Positions 26,775-39,100 of a stretch of DNA of 64,000 nt are shown one piece after another. The DNA lies in IMG/VR virus record IMGVR_UViG_3300014204_000018, positions 1,561 to 65,560 of that record; one strand, 5' to 3'. Every line of letters starts with the position of its first letter. Position 1 is the stretch's first letter. The position numbers and the translations under genes are program-made. This DNA is from a virus. Lineage: Duplodnaviria > Caudoviricetes. The notes beneath the pieces were generated by a model. It was given only the letters and a program-made list of their open reading frames with translations. It was not told the DNA's origin and searched no databases.

Positions 26775-26895
26775 CGACGGTAGCGGTGATATTGTTCGGG
26801 ATATGTATTCTGTCAAAAGACAATTAGACCTTGCCATCGGTAGCAGGATAAATAAAATTTTAGAAGAAAGGAGAAATTGTGCTGACAAGACTTGA
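26701..26895 (+). CDS. hypothetical protein
   Basis: Short helical ORF, start uncertain. Confidence 0.4.
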   Translation: MTTGGLFLMIKEIVKLIEEIAKGLDDGSGDIVRDMYSVKRQLDLAIGSRINKILEERRNCADKT

Positions 26896-27235
26896 TACAT
26901 ACTACTTCGATATTTTAGGAATAAAGGCAACTATTCTTTGGCAGTATCTCATATTTAAAATAGACGAAATAGAAATTGAAGAGGACGCCATAGAACACTA
27001 TAAAGCAACAAACGGAATATCTAAACCGAATATGGACTTTTATGAACCTGAAAAAAGAAGGTCTAACAAGAACGGATACTGGCAAATCAATCAAGAAGAA
27101 ATACAAAAAGAAACTACCTTAAACAAAACAGAACAAAGAAACGCAACAAAAATACTAAAAGAAAAAAGACTAATCAAAGTTAAACGAAAAGGCATTCCTT
27201 CTTCAAACCATTATAAAATTATCAGGAAAGGATAA
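26879..27235 (+). CDS. winged-helix protein resembling a replication-initiator N-domain
   Basis: IQKETTLNKTEQRNATKILKEKRLIKVKRKGIPSSNHYKI. Confidence 0.6.
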   Translation: MLTRLDTYYFDILGIKATILWQYLIFKIDEIEIEEDAIEHYKATNGISKPNMDFYEPEKRRSNKNGYWQINQEEIQKETTLNKTEQRNATKILKEKRLIKVKRKGIPSSNHYKIIRKG

Positions 27236-27238
27236 AGC

Positions 27239-28408
27239 ATGAAAATTTTTGGTATAATCCTTGGAATGAAATTGCCTTTCTTCCCGCATTATAAAATATT
27301 ACTAAAACTATACGGGCCAATTACTTCTTCGCTCTTATGCTATTTGATAAACTACGAAACGTATGCTAAACTTACAAAGGGATATTTTTACAGAACAAGA
27401 GAAAGTATTGAGAAGGACACAAAAATAAGACCGCATCAGCAAAGAAAGGCATTCAAAGAATTAGTGGCCGAAGGCATCTTAGAAATGAAAAAAGTAACTG
27501 GTGGAAGTGACCAAAAGAATTACTACAAAATAAACGAGATGAACTTAGCAAAAATTATTTTAGGCAATACCCATGTTAAAATTTTTAACACGCACCATGT
27601 TAAAAATTTTAACCTAAATAATAATATAAACAATAAATCTTTTACTAAAGTAAAAGATAAGAACGAAAATAAATTTTCGTTCTCTAAAAGAATTATTAAG
27701 AGAAGGAAGAAAGAACCAAATTTAACAAATCCTCTTAAAACAAAAAAACCACTTAGCACCTTTGAAGATATAGTTATTAATTTCTGGAATAAAAAAATGC
27801 CTCCTTACTTTTCAAGAGCAAAAATAAATTCTGCTTCTTATAAACAAACACAAAAGTACTTTGATCGGTTTTATAGAAGGGATAGAAATAAAGTTTATGA
27901 TGTATTTGAAAAGGCATTGCATCACAAGAGACAAAGTTCTTTTATATTTAAAAATAAAATTTCCCTTAGCGAATTTTTCCGTATTACTCCAGACATAAAA
28001 AAATATTCTCCTTTCTATGTTTCTTTTAAATATTCTTCTTGGTATGATGTATTTAAAAAACTGACCGACGAAGAAATATATTCTCAATTTCATAAGAACA
28101 ATAAAAAAGACAAGAACCCTGATATAACAAAACAGCTTGAAGAGATATTTATTCCTTACGGCTTTAGAAAAAGTAATTTCACCCCGTTTGAACAAAAGCA
28201 GATTATTCTTGCTTCTGAATTTGCAAAGTCCTTTTGCGAAAAGAATGACTTGAAAGTTGCTACCGTCATAAAGGCAATAGATAAAATTCTTGAAAACAAG
28301 TTAGACAGATCGCCGTCAAAAATTGGATATGAGGACTTCTGGAAAAGTACGATTCCTGCAAAACTTATTGACATTGGAATTTTTCGTTCAAGGAAGGAAA
28401 TAAAATGA
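27239..28408 (+). CDS. replication initiator-like protein (N-terminal wHTH)
   Basis: IEKDTKIRPHQQRKAFKELVAEGILE...KNYYKIN; low-complexity linker containing DNA repeats. Confidence 0.55.
   Translation: MKIFGIILGMKLPFFPHYKILLKLYGPITSSLLCYLINYETYAKLTKGYFYRTRESIEKDTKIRPHQQRKAFKELVAEGILEMKKVTGGSDQKNYYKINEMNLAKIILGNTHVKIFNTHHVKNFNLNNNINNKSFTKVKDKNENKFSFSKRIIKRRKKEPNLTNPLKTKKPLSTFEDIVINFWNKKMPPYFSRAKINSASYKQTQKYFDRFYRRDRNKVYDVFEKALHHKRQSSFIFKNKISLSEFFRITPDIKKYSPFYVSFKYSSWYDVFKKLTDEEIYSQFHKNNKKDKNPDITKQLEEIFIPYGFRKSNFTPFEQKQIILASEFAKSFCEKNDLKVATVIKAIDKILENKLDRSPSKIGYEDFWKSTIPAKLIDIGIFRSRKEIK
27571..27613. repeat. two 19-bp iteron-like repeats inside the initiator gene (candidate origin)
   Basis: ccatgttaaaatttttaac and ccatgttaaaaattttaac, 24-bp period, followed by an AT-rich tract. 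Confidence 0.45.
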
Positions 28409-29121
28409 CAACAAGAAGAAAACCAAAGCCGTTTTACAAAACAGAACTTGGAGAAATTTATTGTAACGATTGTTTTAAAATACTTCATCACTTTGAATAT
28501 GCAAGCCTTCTATTGACAGATGTTCCTTATGGTTTAAATAAAAAAATGACCGGAGGAACATGGGGTATAAAATATCACAACAAAAATTATGAAGGAAGTA
28601 ATTGCAACAAAGATACAAAAAGAAGAATTGACAATATGATAAAGTTAGCAGAATGGGATTATATACTTTCAGAAGATGAAATGAAATTTATTCTGTCATT
28701 AAAAATAAAAAATAAAATTATATGGGGTGGGAATTACTATCCAATGCCTGCCAGTCAATGCTGGCTTGGATGGGTAAAGCCAAAACTTCCTACACTATCT
28801 GACCTTGAACTTGCATGGACGACTTTTGAAAAACCGGCAAAATATCTTGAGCATAGAAGACTAAACGATTCTGAAAAAATTCATCCGACACAAAAGCCAC
28901 CAGCACTAATTAATTTCTGTCTTGATTTTTCAAAACTAAATGAGGAAGATGTTGTCGTTGATTCGTTTGCAGGAAGTTGTCAAGTCGGCGCATGTTGCGA
29001 AGAAAAAGGGATTCGCTGGGTCTGTATTGAAAAAGAAAAAGAATATTGTCTTGCTGCGATAAAAAAGATTGATACTGCTACCAAAATTAGAAAAAGCAAA
29101 CTTCAAAACAGGAGAAAATAA
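28405..29121 (+). CDS. DNA amino-methyltransferase (beta class)
   Basis: TDVPY, HPTQKP, VVDSFAGS. Confidence 0.85.
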   Translation: MTTRRKPKPFYKTELGEIYCNDCFKILHHFEYASLLLTDVPYGLNKKMTGGTWGIKYHNKNYEGSNCNKDTKRRIDNMIKLAEWDYILSEDEMKFILSLKIKNKIIWGGNYYPMPASQCWLGWVKPKLPTLSDLELAWTTFEKPAKYLEHRRLNDSEKIHPTQKPPALINFCLDFSKLNEEDVVVDSFAGSCQVGACCEEKGIRWVCIEKEKEYCLAAIKKIDTATKIRKSKLQNRRK

Positions 29122-29122
29122 A

Positions 29123-30718
29123 ATGCTTGTAAAAAAAGAGGAAGTAAGTTCAGAGGAAGAAATGACGATTCTTGCTTTTATGATAATGAACGAGAACGTC
29201 ATTAATTCAGCTTATGCAAGGTACAAGATGGGTGAATTGAAAACAAGGCATTTCACGCCATTCTACCGCCCTTTATTCAGGTCTTTAATATCTTATTTCG
29301 GCCAGTATAATCGACCGCCCAAATATACGATTGAGCAGATAGTAAGAAAATTCAATCCGAAGGATGAAACAAGAGAACTTTTTGAAAGTTATGTTGATCG
29401 CGTAGCAGAAGAATATGAACGACTTAAAGACGATACTTCTGCCGATGAGGAATATATTATAAAAGAAATCATTCCTGATTTTATTCGAGAACAAGAAGGC
29501 CGGTTCTTAATAGAAAGTATAAACAACGCGCTTGACGCAGGAAAGCCGCAACGAATTGACGAAGCAATAGAAAAATTTGCAAAGGTATCTGATTATGACG
29601 AAGACGAAAGTCTTGGAACTGCTACGCCATATTCTGAAGATGCGATTCGTGACTTCTACCTATCAGACCCAAAGGACAGAGTTCTTCTAAAACTTGATGG
29701 TGCTATCGGTCAACTCATTCCTCCGATAAGAGTCAAAACTTTGACGGCAATAACCGGCGTTGAGAAATCAGGCAAGACTACTACCGTAGGTGATATTGTC
29801 TATCAGGCAGTTAAGAAGGAAAACCTAAGTACGCTTTGGATAAATTGTGAAATGGACGAAGACGATTTAAACGAGTACTTCTGGCGACGCCTTACTATGA
29901 CGGCATCAGACAGAGAACATGGCGGCATTGTAACCTACCCTGTTTTCGATTGCCTTAATAATCAACTTGACCGATGCGAGATTAAAAAAAGCAAGAACGG
30001 AAATTGTCTTTATGAACCAAACCAAACAGCAACATTTGAGAAGAACAAAAACTGGAAGATTTGTACCCTATGTAGAGGACAAAAAAGATTTACTAAAATA
30101 ACAAAACAATTTGTGCCTGCTATTTGGTTCGACCAGCAAAAGATAAGAGTACTTAGAAGAAAAATAATTCAACGAGCAATCGAACAAAACAAATTTGTCA
30201 AGCTTGATAAGATAAGAATAAAAACCTTCCCGCGACTTTCTGTTAAGTTCGGTGACGTTGAAAACTATATAAAGCAATACATAAAGAAAAACGACTTCCA
30301 TCCAAAAATACTTGTCATTGACTATCCCGATATTATCGCGCCAGAAGAAGGAAAACTTTTAGATAGACAGAACGTTGATTTTATATGGAAGAAGATCGCC
30401 GGTCTTACTCACGAATTAAATTGCGGAACTTTAGTTCCTGACCAAGCAGTTAAGACAGCAAGAGATAAGAAGTCAATTTCAAGGGGCGACACAAGCGAAA
30501 GCAAAACAAAGGACGCGCATCTTGATACAAGAATAACTTTAAATATGACAGAGGACGAAGAAGAAATCGGAGTGGTACGGTATGGACTGTTATATCGGCG
30601 CAAAGGAAGGACTACAAGAAATCAAGTCATGGCATTGCAAAGAAGAGAAACAGGAGAAATGATGCTGGATTCTGAGTGGTGGGAACAGAAGGACATCTCC
30701 TTTTCGGTTAAAAAATAG
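29123..30718 (+). CDS. DnaB-like replicative helicase
   Basis: GVEKSGKT Walker A, LVIDYPDII Walker B, DQA motif; contains a Cys-rich insertion. Confidence 0.8.
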   Translation: MLVKKEEVSSEEEMTILAFMIMNENVINSAYARYKMGELKTRHFTPFYRPLFRSLISYFGQYNRPPKYTIEQIVRKFNPKDETRELFESYVDRVAEEYERLKDDTSADEEYIIKEIIPDFIREQEGRFLIESINNALDAGKPQRIDEAIEKFAKVSDYDEDESLGTATPYSEDAIRDFYLSDPKDRVLLKLDGAIGQLIPPIRVKTLTAITGVEKSGKTTTVGDIVYQAVKKENLSTLWINCEMDEDDLNEYFWRRLTMTASDREHGGIVTYPVFDCLNNQLDRCEIKKSKNGNCLYEPNQTATFEKNKNWKICTLCRGQKRFTKITKQFVPAIWFDQQKIRVLRRKIIQRAIEQNKFVKLDKIRIKTFPRLSVKFGDVENYIKQYIKKNDFHPKILVIDYPDIIAPEEGKLLDRQNVDFIWKKIAGLTHELNCGTLVPDQAVKTARDKKSISRGDTSESKTKDAHLDTRITLNMTEDEEEIGVVRYGLLYRRKGRTTRNQVMALQRRETGEMMLDSEWWEQKDISFSVKK

Positions 30719-30757
30719 GTCAAAAATGACCTTAAAAAAATAGGTTAAAAATGACCT
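30717..30757. promoter_or_regulatory. tandem operator-like inverted repeats AGGTCA-AAAA-TGACCT
   Basis: 30717-30732 and 30742-30757, 25-bp period, upstream of the 30787 promoter motif. Confidence 0.5.
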
Positions 30758-30883
30758 TAAAAAAACCAAATAAATGAAAAAATTTTTCAACCGTTTTATA
30801 ATCAAATAGACAAAGATTGTTTGTTAGCTTTCTCAAACAATCCCTTTATTAACCTTATTTATTTTTCTTGAAAGGAGAAAAAA

Positions 30884-31927
<1,044 letters not shown>

Positions 31928-31964
31928 AACTTATAAGCTTATAAGCTGCTAAACTGTTGAACAT

Positions 31965-31993
31965 AGGGGGCCAAACAATTTGGCCCCCTTTTT
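31965..31993 (+). terminator. intrinsic terminator
   Basis: agggggccaaa-caa-tttggccccct followed by a T-run. Confidence 0.8.
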
Positions 31994-32044
31994 ATTTTTA
32001 TTCTTAAAATTCCATAAAAGAATAATGTCTTCAGGAAAATAAAA

Positions 32045-32740
32045 ATGAAACCTTTCTTTGAAACAGAACTGGGAAAACTATATTGCGGAAACGCTCTTGA
32101 TATACTACCTTGTTTACCTAAAGTAAATCTTATATTAACCGACCCGCCTTATGATACTTATGTCAAATATGATTCATATATAGACGAAGGCGAGAACTGG
32201 TATCTGCTTATGGAAGTACTAATTCCTTTAATGTTAGACAATGCTGACATGATAATTTTTCCAGCTACCAAAGTTAAAAAATTACAATGGTTCTACAACA
32301 ATTTCCCGCCCGATTGGATTATTAGCTGGTATAAAGGCGCGGGTTCTTATGTAATACCTATCGGCTTTAATGACTGGGAACCGATTCTCGTATATGGCAA
32401 GACAAGAAATAATTTAGGACTACATGATTATTTTTATTTGCCGGGCGCGCATAAAGCAGCAAGATGGCATCCATGCCCCAAACCTATTGCTTGGAGCAGA
32501 TGGTTCTTAGAAAGAATTTTAACACGCGACGAAGTAGTTCTTGACCCTTTGGCCGGTTCTGGAACGACACCAGCAGCAGCAGAAGAACTTGGCATTCGTT
32601 GGCTTGCAATAGAACTTTCTAAAAACTATTGCTACAGAATCGTTGACCGATTAAAAAAGATAAGGAGAAAGCCGAGTCTCAAAAAATTCAGAAAGGACAA
32701 AACAAATGAAAAAAATTTTACTCGTCTTCCCGCCAGTTAA
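32045..32740 (+). CDS. DNA amino-methyltransferase (beta class)
   Basis: TDPPY, HPCPKP, VLDPLAGSGTT. Confidence 0.88.
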   Translation: MKPFFETELGKLYCGNALDILPCLPKVNLILTDPPYDTYVKYDSYIDEGENWYLLMEVLIPLMLDNADMIIFPATKVKKLQWFYNNFPPDWIISWYKGAGSYVIPIGFNDWEPILVYGKTRNNLGLHDYFYLPGAHKAARWHPCPKPIAWSRWFLERILTRDEVVLDPLAGSGTTPAAAEELGIRWLAIELSKNYCYRIVDRLKKIRRKPSLKKFRKDKTNEKNFTRLPAS

Positions 32741-33914
32741 GGGATATTTATATCTACCGACTTCTTTACAAAAAATTGCAACCTATCATTTACAGAAAGG
32801 CGACAAGGTAATTTATAAAAACAGCAATCCAAGTCCAAAGATAATAAAGACAAAGTTCTATCCTGACATTATATATGTTTCTTCTGTATTTACTTATTAT
32901 GGCAGGGAAACTTGCAACACAATTAATCTTTATAAGAAGCAATACCCTGATTCTGAAATAAAAGTAGGAGGAATATTTCCAACACTTATGCCGGACTATG
33001 TAGAACAAAGGACAGGAATAAAACCGCACCTTGGAACATGGGATGAAATTGATAAGTTAAGTCTCAATTATTCCCTATTCCCTGATACAATGCAAGCCCA
33101 AGTCATAACAACAAGAGGCTGCATCAGGAAGTGTAAGTTTTGTGCTGTCAAAACTTTAGAACCAAAGTTTAAAATTTTAGAAGGTTGGAAATCTGAATTT
33201 TTAGAGATACCAAAGAAGATAAAAAACTTTAGTAAAAAAAATTTCCGCGTTCTTATATCTGATAATAATTTTCTGGCCTCTCCTTTTGACCACCAAACAG
33301 AAGTAATTAATCTTGCAGCAAAACTAAAGTTTGATCTTATTTTTCAACAGGCACTTGACTTTAGATTATTTAACAAGAATGAAGCAAAGCTACTTTCAAA
33401 ACTTGGGAAAACGTCTGTTATTATTTTTGCTTATGACGGCCCACAACAAAACGAGTACTTCCAGAAAGGAATGAAACTGGTTCGCAAATATAAACTCGCT
33501 CAACATACAAGATTATATATGCTTTATAACTTTGAAGACAAGCCCGAATGTATTTGGAACCGAATGCAAGTAGTAATGAATGAAAAGTCAAGAATCTTTA
33601 TGCTACCAATTAGATTTGAACCGCTTGACACCCTGACAAGAAATAACTACGTCAATAAATATTGGACTGCTTCAATGCTAAAAAATTTCAAGGCAATCAT
33701 TAGTCATTGGGCCTACTCTCCGAAAGGTTCTCTTGTAAGAAATAATATTCCTAAAGATGCCTTTGGTAGAAATGCCGATGAATTTTATGAACTACTAAAC
33801 ACGCCTTTTCAAGATCATAAGATTTTCAAAATGTATAAAGACAGCGAACGAGTAAGGAAAAGCGGTTTTAACTTTTATCAAAAAGAGAAGGGAGAAAATT
33901 ATGCAAAAGAGTAA
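32706..33914 (+). CDS. radical SAM protein with B12-binding-like N-terminal domain
   Basis: TRGCIRKCKFC (CxxxCxxC), DNNFL; N-terminal YVSSVFTY..VGGIFPTL. Confidence 0.85.
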   Translation: MKKILLVFPPVKGYLYLPTSLQKIATYHLQKGDKVIYKNSNPSPKIIKTKFYPDIIYVSSVFTYYGRETCNTINLYKKQYPDSEIKVGGIFPTLMPDYVEQRTGIKPHLGTWDEIDKLSLNYSLFPDTMQAQVITTRGCIRKCKFCAVKTLEPKFKILEGWKSEFLEIPKKIKNFSKKNFRVLISDNNFLASPFDHQTEVINLAAKLKFDLIFQQALDFRLFNKNEAKLLSKLGKTSVIIFAYDGPQQNEYFQKGMKLVRKYKLAQHTRLYMLYNFEDKPECIWNRMQVVMNEKSRIFMLPIRFEPLDTLTRNNYVNKYWTASMLKNFKAIISHWAYSPKGSLVRNNIPKDAFGRNADEFYELLNTPFQDHKIFKMYKDSERVRKSGFNFYQKEKGENYAKE

Positions 33915-34929
33915 GGTTGACAGAAAAGAATTTTTGGAACTCGTAGAGGTACTTATGCTGGCGGCAGGCCGAAACAAGGAAGTATTTATTGTTTTCCAAA
34001 ACAATAAGGCCATTGCAATATCAGAACTATTCACGATTCACAAAACAATAGAGCAAGACATCGAAGGTATTTTTCCTGCTATGGAAATAAAAAATATTCT
34101 ATCAAATTTAAAAAACGAAACGATAGAAGTATTTTCCGACAAAGGACTTTTAAAAATACAGACCCCGACCGTAAAGGCAAAGATAAAGACGATTAAAGAA
34201 ATAGAAGAATTTGAATCTGAAATAAAAAACAGGGAACAACTTGAACAGGAAGAATTTTCAAAATTACCAAAGAACTTTTCATCAGGTTTAAAGTTCTGTA
34301 TCTTTGCTGCTAACAAAGACAAAAGCGACGTTGCTACAAACGGCGTCTTGTGTACCGGCGATAAAATAATTGCTACCAATGAAATGATGCTAAGTCAATA
34401 TGAACTTGACAAAAAACTAAAAGACAAGTTCTTCATTGTTCTAAGTAATGCGATTGATATTTCTAAAAGGAACGTCATAAAATTTTATCAAGATTCTACC
34501 TGGACAAATTTTATTGACGACAAAAATTTTTATTTCAGCACAAGAAGGATTGACGAAAGTAAACTTTTAGATATTGCGGAAAGCGATGTTTTCGATACCA
34601 AAGGAGAAGAAATAAAATTTCCAGAAAAGCTAATCAAAATGATTGATACTTCTTCCGTTTTGGCTGACGGCGATATTGACTTTGAAAAAGAAATAAAAAT
34701 AAATATAGAAGGTAAAAAAATATTTTGCTCCGGCCAAAATGAACTTGGAGAAATAACTGTAAAAGGCAAGATGCAAAAAAACAAAAGTAAAACTACTATC
34801 ATAATAAATCCGTTCTTCCTTAAAGAAATCCTGACACAATTTAAAATATTCAAGGCGACTGTTAATTCTGAAGTAGTTATTTTTGAAGCGGATAATTTCA
34901 AAACCGCAATCGCACAATGGAAGAAATAA
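33901..34929 (+). CDS. DNA polymerase III beta-like sliding clamp
   Basis: 342 aa, three-domain pattern, ATNEMML, INPFFLKEIL; adjacent to clamp loader. Confidence 0.7.
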   Translation: MQKSKVDRKEFLELVEVLMLAAGRNKEVFIVFQNNKAIAISELFTIHKTIEQDIEGIFPAMEIKNILSNLKNETIEVFSDKGLLKIQTPTVKAKIKTIKEIEEFESEIKNREQLEQEEFSKLPKNFSSGLKFCIFAANKDKSDVATNGVLCTGDKIIATNEMMLSQYELDKKLKDKFFIVLSNAIDISKRNVIKFYQDSTWTNFIDDKNFYFSTRRIDESKLLDIAESDVFDTKGEEIKFPEKLIKMIDTSSVLADGDIDFEKEIKINIEGKKIFCSGQNELGEITVKGKMQKNKSKTTIIINPFFLKEILTQFKIFKATVNSEVVIFEADNFKTAIAQWKK

Positions 34930-34948
34930 AAACTAAAAGGGGGCGGCC

Positions 34949-35875
34949 ATGTCAAAGCTACATATAAAGCACCGGCAAAGAAAACTTTCTCATATTGTCG
35001 GAAATGAAGAACTAATCGAAACGATACAAGAACTAATGAAACAGGAAGACCGACCACAAACCTATTTACTATCAGGCCCAAGAGGATGTGGCAAAACTAC
35101 TATTGCAAAAATTATGGCAAAAGAATTTGGCAGTAAAGGAAGAGATATAAAACTTTTAAATATAGGTAATACCGGCGGCGTAGAAGAAGCAAGACGTATT
35201 GACCAAGAATGTCATTACGCGCCACAAGGCAAGGCAAAGACTTATATCCTTGACGAATGCCAGCGCGGTTCTGCTCAGTTCTTCGATGCTCTATTGCGAG
35301 TAACAGAGGAACCACCGGCGAACGTTTACTTTGTCTTTGCTACTACACAAAAAGAAAAACTGCCTGCACCACTTCAAAGCCGATGCTCATTAAAGAACCT
35401 ACCTGTCAAATTACTTAAAGACACGGAAATGGAAATCCTTGTTAAAATGATTCTCAAAAAAGAAGGCAAAGACTTTTCAAGTAAGACTGTTAAAATGATA
35501 ATTGAAAGCGCCGAAGGTTCTCCAAGAGAAGCACTTGTTTGCTTGAATGAAATTATAAACCTTTCGGATAAACAGGCACAAAAAATACTTCTTAAATATT
35601 CTTATGAAGAAGATAAAAACGTTGCCCTGCTATGTAGGGAAATGATAAAAGCAAATTGGAAGGAGTGTTCTCGTTTAATTCCCATAATAGAAAAAAGCGG
35701 TCTTGATAGTGAAAGCGTAAGGCGAATTATTCTTCGCTACTTTCAAAAAGCATTACTTGGAAGTGGTAAAGAACAGTTCGCAGAAATATTAGATTGCTTT
35801 ACAGAGAATACTTGGAATTGTGGCTGGCCCGGTTTATCTTTATGGATTTATGAAGCCTGCCAAAACTATAAATAA
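34949..35875 (+). CDS. clamp loader ATPase (DnaX gamma/tau-like)
   Basis: GPRGCGKTT, ILDECQ, FATT, SRC, GSPREAL. Confidence 0.88.
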   Translation: MSKLHIKHRQRKLSHIVGNEELIETIQELMKQEDRPQTYLLSGPRGCGKTTIAKIMAKEFGSKGRDIKLLNIGNTGGVEEARRIDQECHYAPQGKAKTYILDECQRGSAQFFDALLRVTEEPPANVYFVFATTQKEKLPAPLQSRCSLKNLPVKLLKDTEMEILVKMILKKEGKDFSSKTVKMIIESAEGSPREALVCLNEIINLSDKQAQKILLKYSYEEDKNVALLCREMIKANWKECSRLIPIIEKSGLDSESVRRIILRYFQKALLGSGKEQFAEILDCFTENTWNCGWPGLSLWIYEACQNYK

Positions 35876-35897
35876 AATAATGAAAGGAGAAATTCTC

Positions 35898-36173
35898 ATG
35901 CACTCAGGCAAAGCAAAAAAAGTAAGAAGATTAATTCGATCACTAATCCCGGCAAATACAAAAAACAGGCATGAAGTTTATATGCAAAATTATAAAGAAT
36001 ACTTGTCTTTAGAAAAACGAAAAAAGATAATTGCTTTACTTCCCAAAAGTCCTGTTGCTCTTGGAAAAAGACATCACGGAGAATCGCTTGATGATTTTAA
36101 GGCAAGAAGAAAAAAGGCAAATTACACAAGACGAAGAATAGAAAAGACGAAGAATAGACAAGACGAAGAATAG
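35898..36173 (+). CDS. small basic hypothetical protein
   Basis: AAAGGAG RBS before 35898. Confidence 0.5.
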   Translation: MHSGKAKKVRRLIRSLIPANTKNRHEVYMQNYKEYLSLEKRKKIIALLPKSPVALGKRHHGESLDDFKARRKKANYTRRRIEKTKNRQDEE

Positions 36174-36175
36174 AA
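36128..36175 (+). repeat. 3 x 16-bp tandem repeat
   Basis: aagacgaagaatagam repeated three times just upstream of the dnaE RBS. Confidence 0.85.
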
Positions 36176-36194
36176 AGGAAAAGGAGATATTGAT

Positions 36195-39100
36195 ATGAAT
36201 TTCTGTCACCTTCATGTTCACGATGAATATTCACAACTTGACGGGATGGGAACCGCCAAAGAATATGCAAAGGTAGCAAAGAGAAGGGGATTCAAATATC
36301 TTGCTTTAACTAATCATGGCAATATTGACGGACTGATTAAGTTCCAAAAGGAATGCGAAGTAGAAGGAATAATTCCAATACTGGGTTGTGAATTATACAT
36401 AGTAGAAGATATAAAAAACAAAAAAGAAAAAAGGCATCATGTATGCGTCTTTGTTAAAAATAAAAAGGGGTGGAAGAACCTTACAGATATTCTTACTTTC
36501 GCAAATCTCGAAGGCTTCTACTACCGACCCATTGTTAATTTCTCATTCTTTTTATCTCACTTAGAAGGCCTTGTTGTTTCAACGGCCTGCGTTGCCAGTT
36601 TTATAAACCATGCAAAAGGAGTTGATCTTTTCAAAAAGATAAAAGAAAAAATTGGCGACGACTTATATTTGGAAGTAATGCCGCATGATATAAAAGAGCA
36701 AATCGAAACAAACCAGCTTTGCATAAAGTTAAACAAGAAGTTCGGCAATAAAATAATTGCTACTAATGACTGTCACTATGTAAAGAAAGCAGACTATAAA
36801 ATTCAGGAAGTTCTTCTTGCAATTCAACGGGGCGCAAAGTGGACTGACAAGAACCGTTTCAAGTTCAGCCTAAAAGGTCTTCATCTTAAACGTCAAGTAG
36901 AAATGGAAAAGGGATTCGCCAAACACCATAAGAAAAAAGACTATCAGCAATGGTTAAACAATACGATTGAGGTAGCAGAAAAATGTTCTCACTTTAGAAT
37001 AAAGAAAAGAAAAGTTTTCCTTCCTAAGCCACCTATCGAAAAGGGATTTACAGAAGACGATTTTTTGTGGTCATTGGTTTTAAAAGGATACGATTCAAAA
37101 ATACTTCCTACCGAAAGCAAGATATATATTGAAAGGGCCAAGTATGAATTTAATATGATAAAAGAAAAAAGACTAACACGATATTTTCTTATCGTTTGGG
37201 AACTTGTTAACTGGTGCAGAAAAAATGATATTCTTATAGGCCCAGGTAGAGGTAGTGTTGGCGGTTCTCTTGTTTCGTACCTGATAGGAATAACACTTGT
37301 TGACCCGATTAAATATGGTCTTCATTTTGAACGATTTATTTCAGCCGATAGAATAGACCTACCTGATATTGATATTGACTTTGAAAAGAGTAAACGCGAT
37401 CTTGTCAAGGCCCATCTTGAAGAACTTTATGGAAAAGACAATGTTGCTTCTGTTAGTTCTTTTTCTCGTATGAAAAGCCGGGCGATAATTAGAGAAGTAG
37501 GAAAGGTGTTCGACGTACCATATTCAGAAATAGACGAGTTTGCGAAGTTGATTGAATATAAAGATGAAAGTACTTTAGCAGAAGCAATAGAGAACCATAG
37601 GGAAGGACAGGAACTAAAAGAAAAATATCCCTTTGTTGTCAAGGCAGCTTTGCGATTAGAAGGGCAAGTAAAGAACTATGGTAAACACGCGGCAGCAGTA
37701 GTTGTTTCAAAAAACCCTATTAAGTATGGGGGGCGATGCAATCTTCATGTAAGAAATAATGACGTATTAATAAACTGGGAAAAAGAGGACACCGAATTTG
37801 TCGGTCTTATGAAATTGGATATTCTAAGTTTAAACCTTCTTGATATTTTTAGCCATACAATCAAGAGTATTAAATCCAATACGGGCAAAGACATTAATTT
37901 GGAAGACATTCCGCTTAACGATAAAAAGATACTAAAAGAAATAAGCGAAGGAAGTAATACCGGAATTTTCCAGTTAGGTTCTTGGGCTACTAACAGGCTT
38001 GTTAAAGATATACATGGAGTAAGTTCTTTTGAAGAAATCGCTGCGGTTATTGCGCTGGTTCGCCCCGGCCCTGCTACTATGGCAGACGATTATATCAGCA
38101 GAAAAAAAAGAAAAAGTTGGACAAAGAAGCATGAAATATATGAACGTATAACGGCTGAAACATACGGCATTCCTATATATCAGGAGCAAATCATGGCTTG
38201 CATAAGTGAACTGGCAGGCCTTCCATTTTCGACCGCTGATAATATCAGAAAAATAATCGGTAAAAAAAGAGATAGAAGTGAATTTGAAAAATATGAAAAA
38301 CTTTTTATTGAAGGCTGCATAAAAAATAAAACGTTAAGTAAGAAGGAAGCAGAAAAATTTTGGGTTGACTTGCAAGAGTGGGCCAACTATGGATTCAACA
38401 AAGCGCATTCTATTGAATATGCTCTTCTTGGATACTGGTGCGCTTGGTTGAAATACTACTACCCGACAGAATTTATTTGTGCTAATCTCACTTGTGGTGC
38501 TGATCTTAAAAAGGAAGACCTTGTTAAAGAAGCATACAATATGGGATTAAAAATATATTTACCGAAGGTAGGAATAAGTCATGCGACCGAATGGACTGTA
38601 AAAGAAAATAAACTATACATTCCATTTATTGAAGTAAAAGGATTCGGGAAATCAAAAGCAGAAATGGTAACGGCAAATCAAGAAAGTAAAAAGAAAGCGC
38701 GACGGTTTTATACAAAAAAGGAAGACAAGAAAAAATATAATTTTTCAGGACAAATAAAAAAGATATTGGAAGCAATCGGAGCCTTTGAAGAACAAAACCC
38801 AACCATTACACCAGAAATTAAAAAGTACTTCTCGTTTGATATAATAGGAACCCCAAGCGAAACCTATCCAAAGCTATATAAAATTTTCAAAAAAGCAGCT
38901 AAGCGAAAAGGCATTCCTATTATCAATCCTGATCAAATGGTTAGAGAAAATGATCTAAAGAATATTCTTGAAGGTAGTAAACGTTATTTAGCAGAACTGG
39001 CCCCGGAAATACTAAAAGAAAAATCAATCAAAAGAGACAGAAAACTTTCTACTTGTGACGCTTGTGATTTAAGAAAACAATGTATTGCTCCAGTTCATCC

